Positions 49,713-62,862 of a stretch of 64,000 nt of DNA are shown here, in pieces. The position numbers and the translations under genes are program-made. Within the stretch, counting starts at the first letter, position 1, and each line of letters starts with the position of its first letter. The DNA is taken from positions 1,054,001-1,118,000 of the forward strand of contig MU008172.1 of assembly GCA_010909165.1 (NCBI GenBank), given 5' to 3'. Origin of the DNA: Anthoceros angustus (taxonomy: Eukaryota > Plantae > Anthocerotophyta). The notes under the pieces were generated by a model. That model made no database searches. It saw only the letters and a list, made by a program, of their open reading frames with translations, and was not told the origin of the DNA.

Positions 49713-52700
49713 TGTGGGCTATGCACTTCGGGAGTTAAGAACAAGTAGGGTTTCGCTTTTTAGGATTGAAGGATAAATAAGGCGGAAAAGGAGGAATAAA
49801 TTGGGGTAGCGCCGGACGAGGCTCGAGTATACTCCGACTGAGTGAACAACGGACCCCACCACTATGGCAAGCTCCGACTACGCCGAGTAACGGATAAGTC
49901 CGAACCCACCTGTGTCAAAATAGGATAAGTACGCCAGAAAGTAACCTAGGAGCGAGGCGTGAGGATGACGAGGCGGCGCCACGTGGACGGCCCCGAGTGG
50001 AGGTCGGGCATGCAGAGGGTGACCAGAACCTGCTGAGGCCGCAGGCAGTATTCACGCCCGCGCGCGCGCGTAAGGCCGCAGTAAGCGAAGGGTCGAGTAA
50101 GCCATGCACTCGCGCTACGGACAACGAAGAGGCGCCTTCCGCCCCATTACTTCCACAAGCGCCAAGGAGGGAGGTCTCACGCAGCCTCCGCAATCCTCAC
50201 AGCCTTGCGCCCGCAATCCGCTCGCGCTATCTTTTGGGCGCCCAGAGCGCGCATCAAGGTTGGAGCAACAACGCGCGAAGGAGGAACATCGTGCCGACTC
50301 GCCAGCAGCTACAAGAACAAGAGGAGGAGAAAGCAATGGCACCCAAAAGCCGACGAAACTGGGAGCCATGGACCTCGTGGAGCGCAACATTGTGACCCGC
50401 GCTATCCGGACTTCGGGCCCCGGCCGGAGGAAGTGGTGGGAGCAGAGTTGGACGTGTTCCAAATGGTCTGACCTTTGACATACTAGTCCGGAGTTTGCCC
50501 GAAGATGCCGGGCGATCAACAAGGAGGTCCGATCCAAGAACCTCCGGAGGACCCGAGGCGATGGACCTTGAGGTCCCGAGGATGGCCTACAACCGCCAAG
50601 GAGGAAGAAGGGGCGTGCCGAGCCCCTTAAGGCGGGGAAGATAGGGCCCACGGGCCGAGGCTCGAACGCAATGACAACCAACGGATGGTTGATATCCGAT
50701 CCGGATACCGAGTAAGGGCGGTAGCCCGGATCATTGTCCATTGAACTCGCCACCAAGGTGGATCACCTTGGTGATAACCTCGCTGGTATTCTCGCATGCG
50801 CCCAATGGGAAGAGAGCGGACTGGGAAGGATTATCTTCGCCCGGGCCGAGGCACGCAAGCTAAGGAGCGAGAAGCCTCGCCATCGGGCCGACCCCATACC
50901 GATTCATGTATGGGGACATTTCGAGCCCTCAAGGAGGGAGAGCTTGAGCGGGCGCCAAGGCCGGAGGCCCCGCCAAGTAGAGCGTGCAAGGGCGCCTGAG
51001 GTGGGGGTCGCCCTTCAAGACCAAGCGACTCGGAGGAGGACGATCGAGGATTCCTGACTCCATACGCCCTGAGCGAACCCCTCACCACCTGTGGAAGTTT
51101 GGGAGGCGATTCCCCTTCCTCCTTTTGGTGCCCTCCGAGCAAGACAGAGGGAGCCGATGCCGAGGGCGCTGGCCCGCACCGGCACCAACAACCACGACGG
51201 CCGAGCCCCGACGAACTCAACGGGAGCCAAGAGGCGGAAGACGGTGCCGCTTACCAACGCAAAGACCTCGTAGGTGCAGATTCTTACCCCCGCCCACCTG
51301 AGTGGCAAGAGGTCAAGAGGCGTAAGGAGGGCGAGAAGGGACGTGGCCCAAGGAGCAGGAGGTCACCGGGCAGCCCCACCTCGAGCCGGCCTGCCCCGGC
51401 TGTGAAGGGGCAAAAGAGCTTGCTCCCTGACCCCTCACCTCCTCCGAGCCCTGTGAGAAAGAGGGCACAAAGGAGTTAGAGGCCAAGAGGGCCAAGAGGG
51501 TGAGACTGACCACCACTGTGACCCGAGGGTCCCGATTAGGTCCGAGAACCCACCGACTTACTCCGGATCGGTATGGAGGTCCTCGGATCGAGAAATGCCG
51601 GCTCCACTACGGACTTTGTGGGGCCTCACTACCGGCCGGAGGAAGGGAATTGGTGCAGGAGTGGCATCCGGACGTGTTCCAAATGGTCTGACCTTGACTA
51701 CCTAGTCCGGAGTTTGCCCGAAGATGCCGGGCGATCAACAAGGAGGTCCGATCCAAGAACCTCCGGAGGACCCGAGGCGATGGACCTTGAGGTCCCGAGG
51801 ATGGCCTACAACCGCCAAGGAGGAAGAAGGGGTGCCGAGCCCCTTAAGGCGAAGATAGGCCACCACGATGCCGAGGCTCGAACGCAGCGACAACCAACGG
51901 ATGGTTGATATCCGATCCGCCGAGAGTAAGGGCGGTAGCCCGGATCATTGTCCATTGAACTCGCCACCAAGGTGGATCACCTTGGTGATAACCTCGCTGG
52001 TATTCTCGCATGCGCCCAATGGGAAGAGAGCGGACTGGGAAGGATTATCTTCGCCTGCCCAGTGAGGCACGAAGCTAAGGAGCGAAGCCTCGCCATCGGG
52101 GCCGACCCCATACCCGATTCATGTATGGGGACATTTCGAGCTCCTCAAGGAGGGAGAGCTTGAACGGGCGCCAAGGGGCCGGAGGCCCCGCCAAGTAGAG
52201 CGTGCAAGGGCGCCTGAGGTGGGGGTCGCCCTTCAAGACCAAGCGACTGGAGGAGGACGACCGAGGATTCCTGACTCCATACGCCCTGAGCGAACCCCTC
52301 ACCACCTGTGGAAGTTTGGGAGGCGATTCCCCTTCCTCCTTTTGGTGCCCTCCGAGACAGAGGGAGCCGATGCCGGAGGCGGCCCGCACCGCAGAAACAA
52401 CCAACCACGACGCCGAGCCCCGACGAACTCAACGGGAGCCAAGAGGCGGAAGACGGTGCCGCTTACCAACGCAAAGACCTAAGGTGCAGACTTACCCCCG
52501 CCCACGGAGTGGCAAGAGGTCAAGAGGCGTAAGGAGGGCGTAAAGGACGCCCAAGGAGCAGGAGGTCACCGGGCAGCCCCACCTCGAGCCGGCCTGCCCC
52601 GATGTGAAGGGGCAAAAGAGCTTGCTCCCGACCCCTCACCTCCTCCGAGCCCTGTGAGAAAGAGGGCACAAAGGAGTTAGAGGCCAAGAGGGCCAAGAGG

Positions 52701-55700
52701 GTGAGACTGACCACCACTGTGACCCGAGGGTCCCGATTAGGTCCGAGAACCCACCGACTTACTCCGGATCGGTATGGAGGTCCTGGATCGAGAAATGCCG
52801 GCCCCACTACGGACTTTGTGGGGCCTCACCGGCCGTGGAAGAAACACGGCGAAGTCCTGCTACCGCCATGGACGGAATGCTTTGGGGTCTCGGTACAATG
52901 GAGAAGACCTGTGAAGTGGAGGCCACCCGAGGAGGATGGTGGAACCCAAGAGCAAGTGAAGGCCTGTGGGGCAAAGGAAAGGCGGAGTCCTCGCCGATCG
53001 AGGAAGGGAAACGCCGGGTGGCGGAGCGCGAGGCCCGCGGTTCACAGATCGGTTAAGGTTCTTCAAGCGAACACAAGCAAGCTCAGAGGCCCAAGCGCGG
53101 AGGACCTTGCAGCGAAGAGGGAAGCGCAGCAGAGGCTAAGAGGCCCGGCACAAGCAGAGAGCTCGACTGCGGAGGCGTGAGGATGACGAGGCGGCGCCAC
53201 GTGGACGGCCCCGAGTGGAGGTCGGGCATGCAGAGGCCAGTGCCTGCGAGGCAGTATTCACGCCCGCGCGCGCGCGCGTAAGGCCGCAGTAAGCGCGAGG
53301 GTCGAGTAAGCCATGCACTCGCGCTACGGACAACGAAGAGGCGCCTTCCGCCAGCTTACTTCCACAAGCGCCAAGGAGGGAGGCTGCCAGCCTCCGCAAT
53401 CCTCACAGCCTTGCGCCCGCAATCCGCTCGCGCTATCTTTTGGGCGTTTTAGAGCGCGCGCATCAAGGTTGGAGCAATAACGCGCAAGGAGGAACATCGT
53501 ACCGGACCGCCAGCTACAAGAACAAGAGGAGGAGAAAGCAATGGCACCCAAAAGCCGACGGAGTCTGGGAGCCATGGACCTCGTGGAGCGCAACATTGTG
53601 ACCCGCGCTATCCGGACTTCGGGCCCCGGCCGGAGGAAGGGAATTGGTGCAGGAGTGGCATCCGGACGTGTTCCAAATGGTCTGACCTTTGACAACCACT
53701 CTAGTCCGGAGTTTGCCCGAAGATGTGGCGGCGATCAACAAGGAGGTCCGATCCAAGAACCTCCGGAGGACCCGAGGCGATGGACCTTGAGGTCCCGAGG
53801 ATGGCCTACAACCGCCAAGGAGGAAGAAGGGGCGTGGTGCCGAGCCCCTTAAGGCGAAGGAAGATAGGGCCGCCCAGCGTTGAGGCTCGAACGCAATGGA
53901 CAACCAACGGATGGTTGATATCCGATCCGCCGGATACCGAGTAAGGGCGGTAGCCCGGATCATTGTCCATTGAACTCGCCACCAAGGTGGATCACCTTGG
54001 TGATAACCTCGCTGGTATTCTCGCATGCGCCAAGGGGAAGAGAGCGGACTGGGAAGGATTATCTTCGCCTGCGGGCCAGAGGCACGCAAGCTAAGGAGCG
54101 AGAAGCCTCGCCATCGGGCGACCCCATACCCGATTCATGTATGGGGACATTTCGAGCCCTCAAGGAGGGAGAGCTTGAACGGGCGCCAAGGGGCCGGAGG
54201 CCTGGTAGAGCGTGCAAGGGCGCCTGAGGTGGGGGTCGCCCTTCAAGACCAAGCGACTGGAGGAGGACGATCGAGGATTCCTGACTCCATACGCCCTGAG
54301 CGAACCCCTCACCACCTGTGGAAGTTTGGGAGGCGAGATTCCCCTTCCTCCTTTTGGTGCCCTCCGAGCAAGATGTGAGGGAGCCGATGCCGGAGGCGGC
54401 TCCGACCGGTAATGCAACAAACAACCACGACGCCGAGCCCCGACGAACGGGAGCCAAGAGGCGAAGACGGTGCCGCTTACCAACGCAAAGACCTCGGGAG
54501 TGATTCTTACCCCGTGAGTGGCAAGAGGTCAAGAGGCGTAAGGAGGGCGAAAAGGGACGTGGCTCAAGGTGGAGGTCACCGGGCAGCAGCCCCACCTCGA
54601 GCCGGCCTGCCCCGGCTGTGAAGGGGCAAAAGAGCTTGCTCCCGACCCCTCACCTCCTCCGAGGGAGAAAGAGGGCACAAAGGAGTTAGAGGCCAAGAGG
54701 GCCAAGAGGGTGAGACTGACCACCACTGTGACCCGAGGGTCCCGATTAGGTCCGAGAACCCACCGACTTACTCCGGATCAAGGTATGGAGGTCCTCGGAT
54801 CGAGAAATGCCGGCCCCACTACGGACTTTGTGGGGCCTCACTACCGGCCGGAAGAAACACGGCGAAGTCCTGCTACCGCCATGGACGGAATGCTTTGGGG
54901 TCTCGGTACAATGGAGAAGACCTGTGAAGTGGAGGCCACCCGAGGAGGATGGTGGAACCCAAGAGCAAGTGAAGGCCTGTGGGGCAAAGGAAAGGCGGAG
55001 TCCTCGCCGATCGAGGAAGGGAAACGCCGGGTGGCGGAGCGCGAGGCCCGCGGTTCACAGATCGGTTAAGGTTCTTCAAGCGAACACAAGCAAGCTCAGA
55101 GGCCCAAGCGCTGGGCGGAGGACCTTGCAGCGAAGAGGGAAGCGCAGCAGAGGCTAAGAGGCCCGGCACAAGCAGAGAGCTCGACTGCGGAGGCGGCCGG
55201 CCAGAGGCCAAGTGGGCGAGGCCTGTAAAGGCGGCGAAGGAGCCTGCTGCAAAGAGCGACCGGATCACTACAGACGTGATCGAACCGTGGAGAGAGTCAC
55301 AGCATGACCGAGGTTACTCAAGGCCGTGACAAAGTGCTATGGAGGTGCAAGGCCAAAGGAGGAGATGGAGGCCAGACTGGGAGATAGGAGATCTCCGAGC
55401 ACACCGCAGGAAGTAGAGGAGAGGCGGCAGCAGATGGAGGATGAAGGACACTGGAGCTACAACCCAAGATGCGCTTGAGCAAGCAGTGATTCTCAACGAG
55501 AGAATCCACGACTGAGCACGAAATAGAGCCAGCTCCTCAAGACGGAGGAAAATCGCGACTATCCAAGGAGTTGGACGCTGCTGTATGAGCCGGAGGAAGT
55601 CCGAGCCTGGACGGAGGTATCTCACTGGAGAGGGAGTCATGAGCTAAAGGCCGTAATGAACGGAGGAGCGAGCACGGAAGCGTAAAAGAAGCCGTCCGAG

Positions 55701-58700
55701 AAAGGCGGAAGGGAACGCCGCGCTATGGCGGTAAGCCGGGCAATGGAGAGGAAACGACGGAGCCGGAGTGCGGAGCAATGGCAACAGGAGGTGACCGAGG
55801 CCGCCTTGTAGCCTCGCTGATACGCCCGCCCACCACAACCGGGCAGAGAGGTGGCCCAACAAGCCGGGCAAAGACACCTCCCAACACTTATGGCGAGGGA
55901 GTATCGGTGCTCCGCACACGTGGAAGAGGCACCAACAAGTCGATCTGGACTTTGCCTATTACCACGCCGAGCTCCCAAGGCGAGAAGCCTCTCACGCAAA
56001 CGGACGACCGGAAGGCTCAAGGAGATGAAGGCCACGGGACAAAGACAGGACCCTAGTGGCCCCTGCTTGGAGATGACGGAGCGCGGAGAGGAGCAACCGG
56101 AGGAGCGGAACGAGGGAGCGGATGCGATCGAGGTAAGCACCGACCCTCACCATGGAAGGAGGGGCCAACGGGAGTACCGGGCGATCGGGAACATGGAGGA
56201 CTTCGAGGGAGAGCCACGGAGGAGTCCCGTGAGGGAGGAAACCCGGTGGCGGAGTCCGACTTTGTCCGACCCCGAGGTCCGGACCAAGTCCGACTCAAGT
56301 CCGACTCAAGTCCGGACTAATAAGTCCGGACTCAAGTCCGGACCAAGTCCGACCTCAAGTCCGACCCCGAGGTCCGGACCCCAGAGACAAGGTGACCTAG
56401 CCGGCCGACAGAATAAGCCGACTCAAGTTCGTGGAGTCGAGACAGACCTCGAGGACCGGATCGGGCAAGAAGGAGGAGCCCCTTCGACTTACGCTTAGGG
56501 GAGAGGTGGCCCAACAAGCCGGGCAAAGACATTTTAACACTTATGGCGGAGGGAGACGGTGCTCCGCACACGTGGAAGAGGCACCAACAAGTCGATCTGA
56601 CTTTGCCTATTACCACGCCGAGCCCCTCAGAAGCCTCGACGCCGCCGCAAACGGACGGACCGGAAGGCTCAAGGAGATGAAGGCCACGGGACAAAGACAG
56701 GACCCTAGTGGCCCCTGCTTGAGATGACGGAGCGCGGAGAGGAGCAACCGGAGGAGCAGAACGAGGAGCGCGGATGCGATCGCACCCCGACCCTCACCAT
56801 GGAAGGAGGGGCCAACGAAGGAGCCACTCGATCGGGAATGGAGGACTTCGAGGGAGAGCCACGGAGGAGTCCTGAGGGAGGAAACCCGGGCGTGAGTCCG
56901 ACTTTGTCCGACCGAGGGAGGCCGGATCAAGTCCGACTAGAATAAGTCCGGACCAAGTCCGGACTAATAAGTCCGACCTCAAGTCCGACCCCGACAGTCC
57001 TGACCGAGGTCCGACCCTGAGACAAGGTCGACCTAGCCGACCTGAATAAGCCGGACTCAAGTTCGTGAGTCGAGACAGACCTCGAGGACCGGATCGGGCA
57101 AGAAGGAGGAGCCCCTTCGACTTACGCTTAGGGGAGCAGAGCCGGTGGCCCCACCGAAGGACCTGTGGAGGCCAGGGAGGATGACGCCGTGGTAACGGCG
57201 GCTGTCGATCACGTGAGCCCAACCCGGCTGTGATTCCGGGAGAGGAGGGGCCCCTACCACGGATCATCCGATTGGGTGCACCACAACCGCTGTGACGGGA
57301 TTGACCACCCATTCCCGAGGGGGCCTGTGACCTTCCCACAATGAAGGAGATAGGGGAAATAGGATGGTAGGCGTCGATTAGGTATACCGAAATGGCTATC
57401 ACCGTAATAGGGGTGTAATAAAGACGCCACCTTGGGCGCAGATAAGAGGGCCGATTCTAGTAAAGCATCTTTCTTGGTGTTGATGCCGCTGCTCTGCACT
57501 TGTGAGTCTTCTTGCTAACGTGAGTCCCGAGTCACCGAAAGGTGCACGACGACCCGGGAGATTGATCAAGGTCCCGTGACGGACTTAACGTGGTGGTGTG
57601 TGCAGGAAGGTGAGGGAGGCCGGACCTCAAGTCCGACCCGCACCTCACCATGGAAGGACGACCGGAACGTGAGCCGGAGGAACTCCGAGGGCGTGTAGAG
57701 CCCGGACGAGAGGCCCGGAGCAACGAGGAGGTCCGGATAACCCGCGCTGCCTTTTTCTAAGACCAAGAGCGTGAGGGAGAGAGGAACGGATCAAGAAACG
57801 AGTGACGAACGGGACGCAAAACGGGTCCTTAAACGCTTGGCCACACCGGCCTGCTCGTGAACGCTGTGAGTAGTTAGGAGTATGTGTGTGTGTTGAGGCC
57901 GAACGAGCGCTATGACGGTGAAATCACCAACGAAACGAGCCTATCATTCTCTTGGGAACGGACTCCATACCACAACGACACGGATTGTGGGCGTGAGTCC
58001 GACTCAAGTCCGGACCAAGTCCGACCCGCACCACATACCTTGGCCCCGACAATCCTTCCCACCCCAATACGCAAGCGGCAACCACCAACGAAACGGATCA
58101 AGTCCGACCCCGAGGTCCGGACCAAGTCCGGACCAAGTCCGGACTAATAAGTCCGGACCAAGTCCGACTCACACCAATGTGCTTGGCCACACCGCACATC
58201 ATCCACAACACCAATCAGCCCAAACCATCACAAGGCCATACAGGCATCACATAGCCCTTCCGTCAACACCAATCAGCCCAAACCATCACAAGGCCATACA
58301 GGCATCACATAGCCCTTCCGTCAACACCAACTGCCCATATCACCGGTCCCTAAATCACAACACAAGCATGGAATCAACATCACCAAATGTCCGCACATCA
58401 TCCACGCGGCCCACTAAATCACCCAGCGACCACCCCAATACGCAAGCGGCAACCACAACACCCCGCCCTCCCCACACCAAACTGGGAACCCGCCCTTGCC
58501 GCCCAAACATAACCAGTCAGGAATCAACATCACCAATCAGCCCAAACCATCACAAGGCCATACAGGCATCACATAGCCCTTCCGCCAACACCAACTTCCA
58601 CCCCATATCACCGTAATAGGGGTGTAATAAAGACGCCCTTGGGCGCAGATAAGAGGGCCGAGGCCGCCTAGTAAAGCATCTTTCTTGGTGTTGATGCTGC

Positions 58701-59224
58701 CTGCACTCAGTCTTCTTGCTAACGTGAGTCCCGAGTCACCGAAAGGTGCACGACTCCCGGGAGATTGATCAAGGTCCCGTGACGACTTAACGTGTGGTGG
58801 TGTGTGCAGGAAGGTGAGAATCGGTGACCTGTTCGCCGAGAGCGCGGTCCAACGCCGAGCGAGAACGCGTGAGCCGAGGTGGGAGGGTAGAGCCCGGACG
58901 GAGAGGCCCGCGAGCAACGAGGAGGTCCCGATCACAGACTCGCTTTTCTAAGCAAGACAAGTGTAGAGGGAGAGAGGAACGGATGCGATGAGTGAACGAT
59001 ACGGACGACGAAAACGGGTCTCAAACGCTTGGCCACACCGGCCTGCTCGTGAACGTTATAAATAGGGGTGTAAACGAAGATTGAGTGTGTTAAGGTGAAG
59101 TGGACCAAGAAAGGTGAGAATCAAGCGCAAAACGGCGGAGCTATCATTCCCTTTGGGAACGGACTCATACCACAACGACACGGATTGTGCGCGCCTACCG
59201 GCCCATCAACAAAGTCACGCCACA
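49713..59224 (+). repeat. 3' LTR of element 2, expanded to ~9.5 kb by internal re-iterations
   Basis: The sequence jumps back within the LTR at ~51630, ~53172, ~56500 and ~58605. 57990-58605 is a mosaic of flanking fragments. Confidence 0.85.
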
Positions 59225-60895
59225 CCGCACATCATCCACGCGGCCCACTAAATCACCCAGCGACCACCCCAATACGCAAGCGGCAACCACAACACCCCGT
59301 CCTCCCCACACCAAACTGGGAACCCGCCTTGCCGCCCAAACATAACCAGAGGAATCAACATCACCAATCAGCCCAAACCATCACAAGGCCATACAGGCAT
59401 CACATAGCCCTTCCGTCAACACCAACTGCCCACCCCATATCACCGGTCCCTAAATCACAACACCAAGATGCATACGAGAAGCCTACGTGAACACCCTTAT
59501 CGACCCCAATACCATCATGCCCAAGAGTCAAACATGAATTTGGAAGGTAGTGCTAACATATAACGACACCGTGAAGTACAAACAAGCATGGAAGGTGAGG
59601 GACGCATGATGAAGGTTCGCACTCACAACACAAGCATGGAATCCATGTACAAGATATTCATCTCACCGTGAAGTATCCAAGAAGTGGATGATGTGCTGGT
59701 CAAAAGTGTTTGGTCCAGACGTAGGCGCTTGGTGTCCTTTGTGTTGGAGGAAGGTCGAGAGGCGAGCTCCTGCACTGCGTAACGCCGGCTTTCACATCAT
59801 CCGAGATCACATCGACCTAAGCTTCCTTCCGACCCGCACCACATACCTTGGCCCCGACAATCCTTCCCACCCCGCACTGCAGATCGGATCCGCTCGACTC
59901 ACACCAATGTGCTTGGCCAGTGGGAATCGATGGTCATCCGGACCGACAAAATGATATTCCAGAGCGATTGCCTCGCAGTGATCGCCGACCAACATCCTTC
60001 AAATTTACATGTCAGGCTCATATTCCTCATGAGAACAAGAACAACTCTTCATCTTTCCCAACAAGGTTCGGAGTACGAAAGTCCTTCAGCAGGAAGCTCT
60101 TCAAAAGTACTATAGATCTCACGACATTGCAATCGAGAACTCACTTGTCATCCGCAAGAATTGCTCTCCAAGCTCCCTTGCTAGTTTGGCGGCGCGATCA
60201 GGTGTATCAACCCCAACGACCTTGAAATAACGCTGCATCGCGCCGACACGCACTCGGCTTGTGGAGGTGGAGGTCGATGCCGCCGCACTGCCTACTATGT
60301 CCACCGGCTCATTCCTCGCTTTGCGCCTGCTCGCAGCCGCCAAAGCCCCGCCTCCCCGCACGCTTCCTCTCAAATTTAACACGCTGACTACAAGGAGAGC
60401 GGCCATCATGGGCGTAACCACCCCAATCAGCTTGAGAAACTTCCATCACAAGTCGGCTTATTCCTCGCACAATCGGGCGACACACAATCCATGCCGAAAC
60501 CTTGCCACACAACGCACTTCTCGCCGCCCGCCTCCTCTCCGTGCATTTGCACCAGATCGCGTATGTACGCCTCCACACCGCAGAACAAACAAGCTTTTCA
60601 CATCAATTCAAAGAACATATATGCCATGAATGCATCCCAAAGCAAGACCCACCGTGTCCACAAAGTGACATCAACGGGATAGGCATAATGGGCGAAGGAA
60701 GTCCGCTTGGTTATGCACGATCGGTTCTTGCCTTCACAAGAGCAGGAAAACACGCGGAGCACACATTTTTATGTTCCCGCGGAGGTTCCTTCCTGTGTAA
60801 TTTTGAATTTCGTGACATGTAGGCTGGTCCATGTGACCAAATGACACAACCAGCTTTTTCTATGTCAAGTGCCACCAAAGCGTAAGTGACACCGA

Positions 60896-61800
60896 CTTTC
60901 TGGGTACTCTAGTACCATTTATAGAACTGCATGTACACATATCCGCCGATGCACATTTCGCAAATTTCTAAGCATATGGTCCACGGAAAAGCAAATATTA
61001 ACACAGCGTGAATCTTTTCGACCTTGGGCCCAAACATATATAGGGTTTTCTTTGCCTCCGCCATGGACCGTGGCAAGTTTCCGATGGCGCAAGTGATGCC
61101 CAAGAGCCTCCAATATAGCCGCTATGGCAACATCGATATACCGAACTTGGATTGGATTGATAGGAGCAGAAGTGTCGCAGTGAGAGAAGTTTCAGTGGTA
61201 CTGCAATGTTCGCAACCTGTGAACAATGGTGTTTCCGCGGCAATTCGGGCTGCTGCTGTGTCATCGCTGGGCACTTGTTGGGGATCCCAACCGGCCATGC
61301 TGTCATCGATGTCCACATCATCCATACCATGTGCCCGCCCGCCATCAGAAGCGTTCTCGTTCTCACTGTTCGAATGTGGTGGGTGGGCATAAATTAATAC
61401 ATCTGGTTGCTGTGGCGTATTGATGTCGCCGAGTGGAGGAGACATGTGTTGCTCATCAGATGGATTCAAACCGCACCTTATTGCAGGCGGAATGACGGCG
61501 GCATGCCCACGCGTCTCATCCTCAGGAATGGGCGAGGACTGGGACCAGCAAATTTCTACGCGCTGCATTGAAAGCCCGAAAAAAATAAATGAGATGCATA
61601 ACCCTTAAACAAGTCACGTAATCAAGTAGGGAGAACATGCTTGCATATTCCACGACGCTCACCGCTTCACGATACCAACGACGGATAGTTTCCTCACAAT
61701 GTTGCTGTGAAATGTGTGCAGGGATGGGTGTTGCTATGTTCTGGCAGCGCGGGCATGGACATAGCATGTGCGTCGTCAAGTCCGGATTCCGTATACGCGG
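60896..61800 (-). pseudogene. TnpD: CACTA transposase TnpD/Tnp2, N-terminal part
   Basis: Transposase-associated CPCPRCQN...H; AETPLFTGC; LTATLLLLSIQSKFGIS; NLPRSMAEAKKTL..FGPKVEKIHA; LLFRGPYA..CEMC; ends at TRVPRK. Confidence 0.9.
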
Positions 61801-62862
61801 CATTGCAACCTGATGGTTCAAACTGGAAATACCCCACCCCGGCCTGAAGAATGTTAACTGCGTGCCGTGTCGTCCATAGAAAGCTGCATTGGAGGGCACC
61901 GCTCACTTTCCCCGCACGACATGCCGGGTATCAGGCTCGTTGATGAGAAGGATGGGACGCCAACAACGCACTCTGCTTCCACGTTCGTATTCTCATGGGC
62001 GGCATCTATCTGTCACACAAAATGTGGATGTTCACAATAGCGACTTCAAATGCCCAGAATTGGGCCAGCAACGCCACCAGCCTCTCTCACATACCACGAC
62101 ACCCATCGCTTCCGTGTCGATGCCAACCAAAGAATGTATTTAACCTTGTTATATTGTCAATGGACAACATTGGATGGCATCACCGGGCTTGAGGAGATGG
62201 TCGACACGCCAATGCCCCGTGGTACGAGGCATTGGTAGACTGGCATTTGCCAACACCAGGTATAGTCGGCGATCGATTCTTTCCGTTGCGTCCATCGGAA
62301 GGCTATCGCCGCAACAACGCCCGTAGTTCTCCTCATATGCGAAGATGTATGCATGCATCGAGAAGAGTTTTCCATGCATCAAGACATGGAGCTCCCAACA
62401 GCACCCAAAGACACCACAATGTGGCGGAGAAGGCCGCAACCTCCATTTGAAGACGAAGCATTCCAAACTGGCGTCGCCGACGCATTGCAGGCCTGCACTA
62501 GCTGTTTGCCATAAGACGTTGCAAGTGGCAGATGCCGGTATCCTAGGTGTTTATTTCTACAGTAGGGCACACGCGGGTGAACATGCCATGACGACCGACA
62601 ACAAGTGCACACAGTGGCCGGAATCGCCGACTGCAGGATGTCCCGTGTGGAGTTTTGTAGCACTTCCACAAAGGGTGTGTGTAAGAAGCGAAGTTGTTGA
62701 ATTGAAGTAAAGTTGGAAAGCATTGCCTTCCCAAAGTTCACCAGTACTAAAGCGTGTTTGTCACTCGAGCTTGACTCCCATTCTATTTGCCGCACACTTG
62801 CTTGCATATGCGCACTCTGCCGGCTTACCTTACACATTTCTCGCAACTGCCACCGGACCGCC

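Larger units (their letters stand above)
40176..59224 (+). mobile_element. Full-length Ty3/Gypsy LTR retrotransposon 2 (sister subfamily of element 1)
   Basis: TGTGG...CCACA termini with 5-bp TSD CCGCA (40171-40175 and 59225-59229), plus PBS, PPT and gag-pol. Confidence 0.93.
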
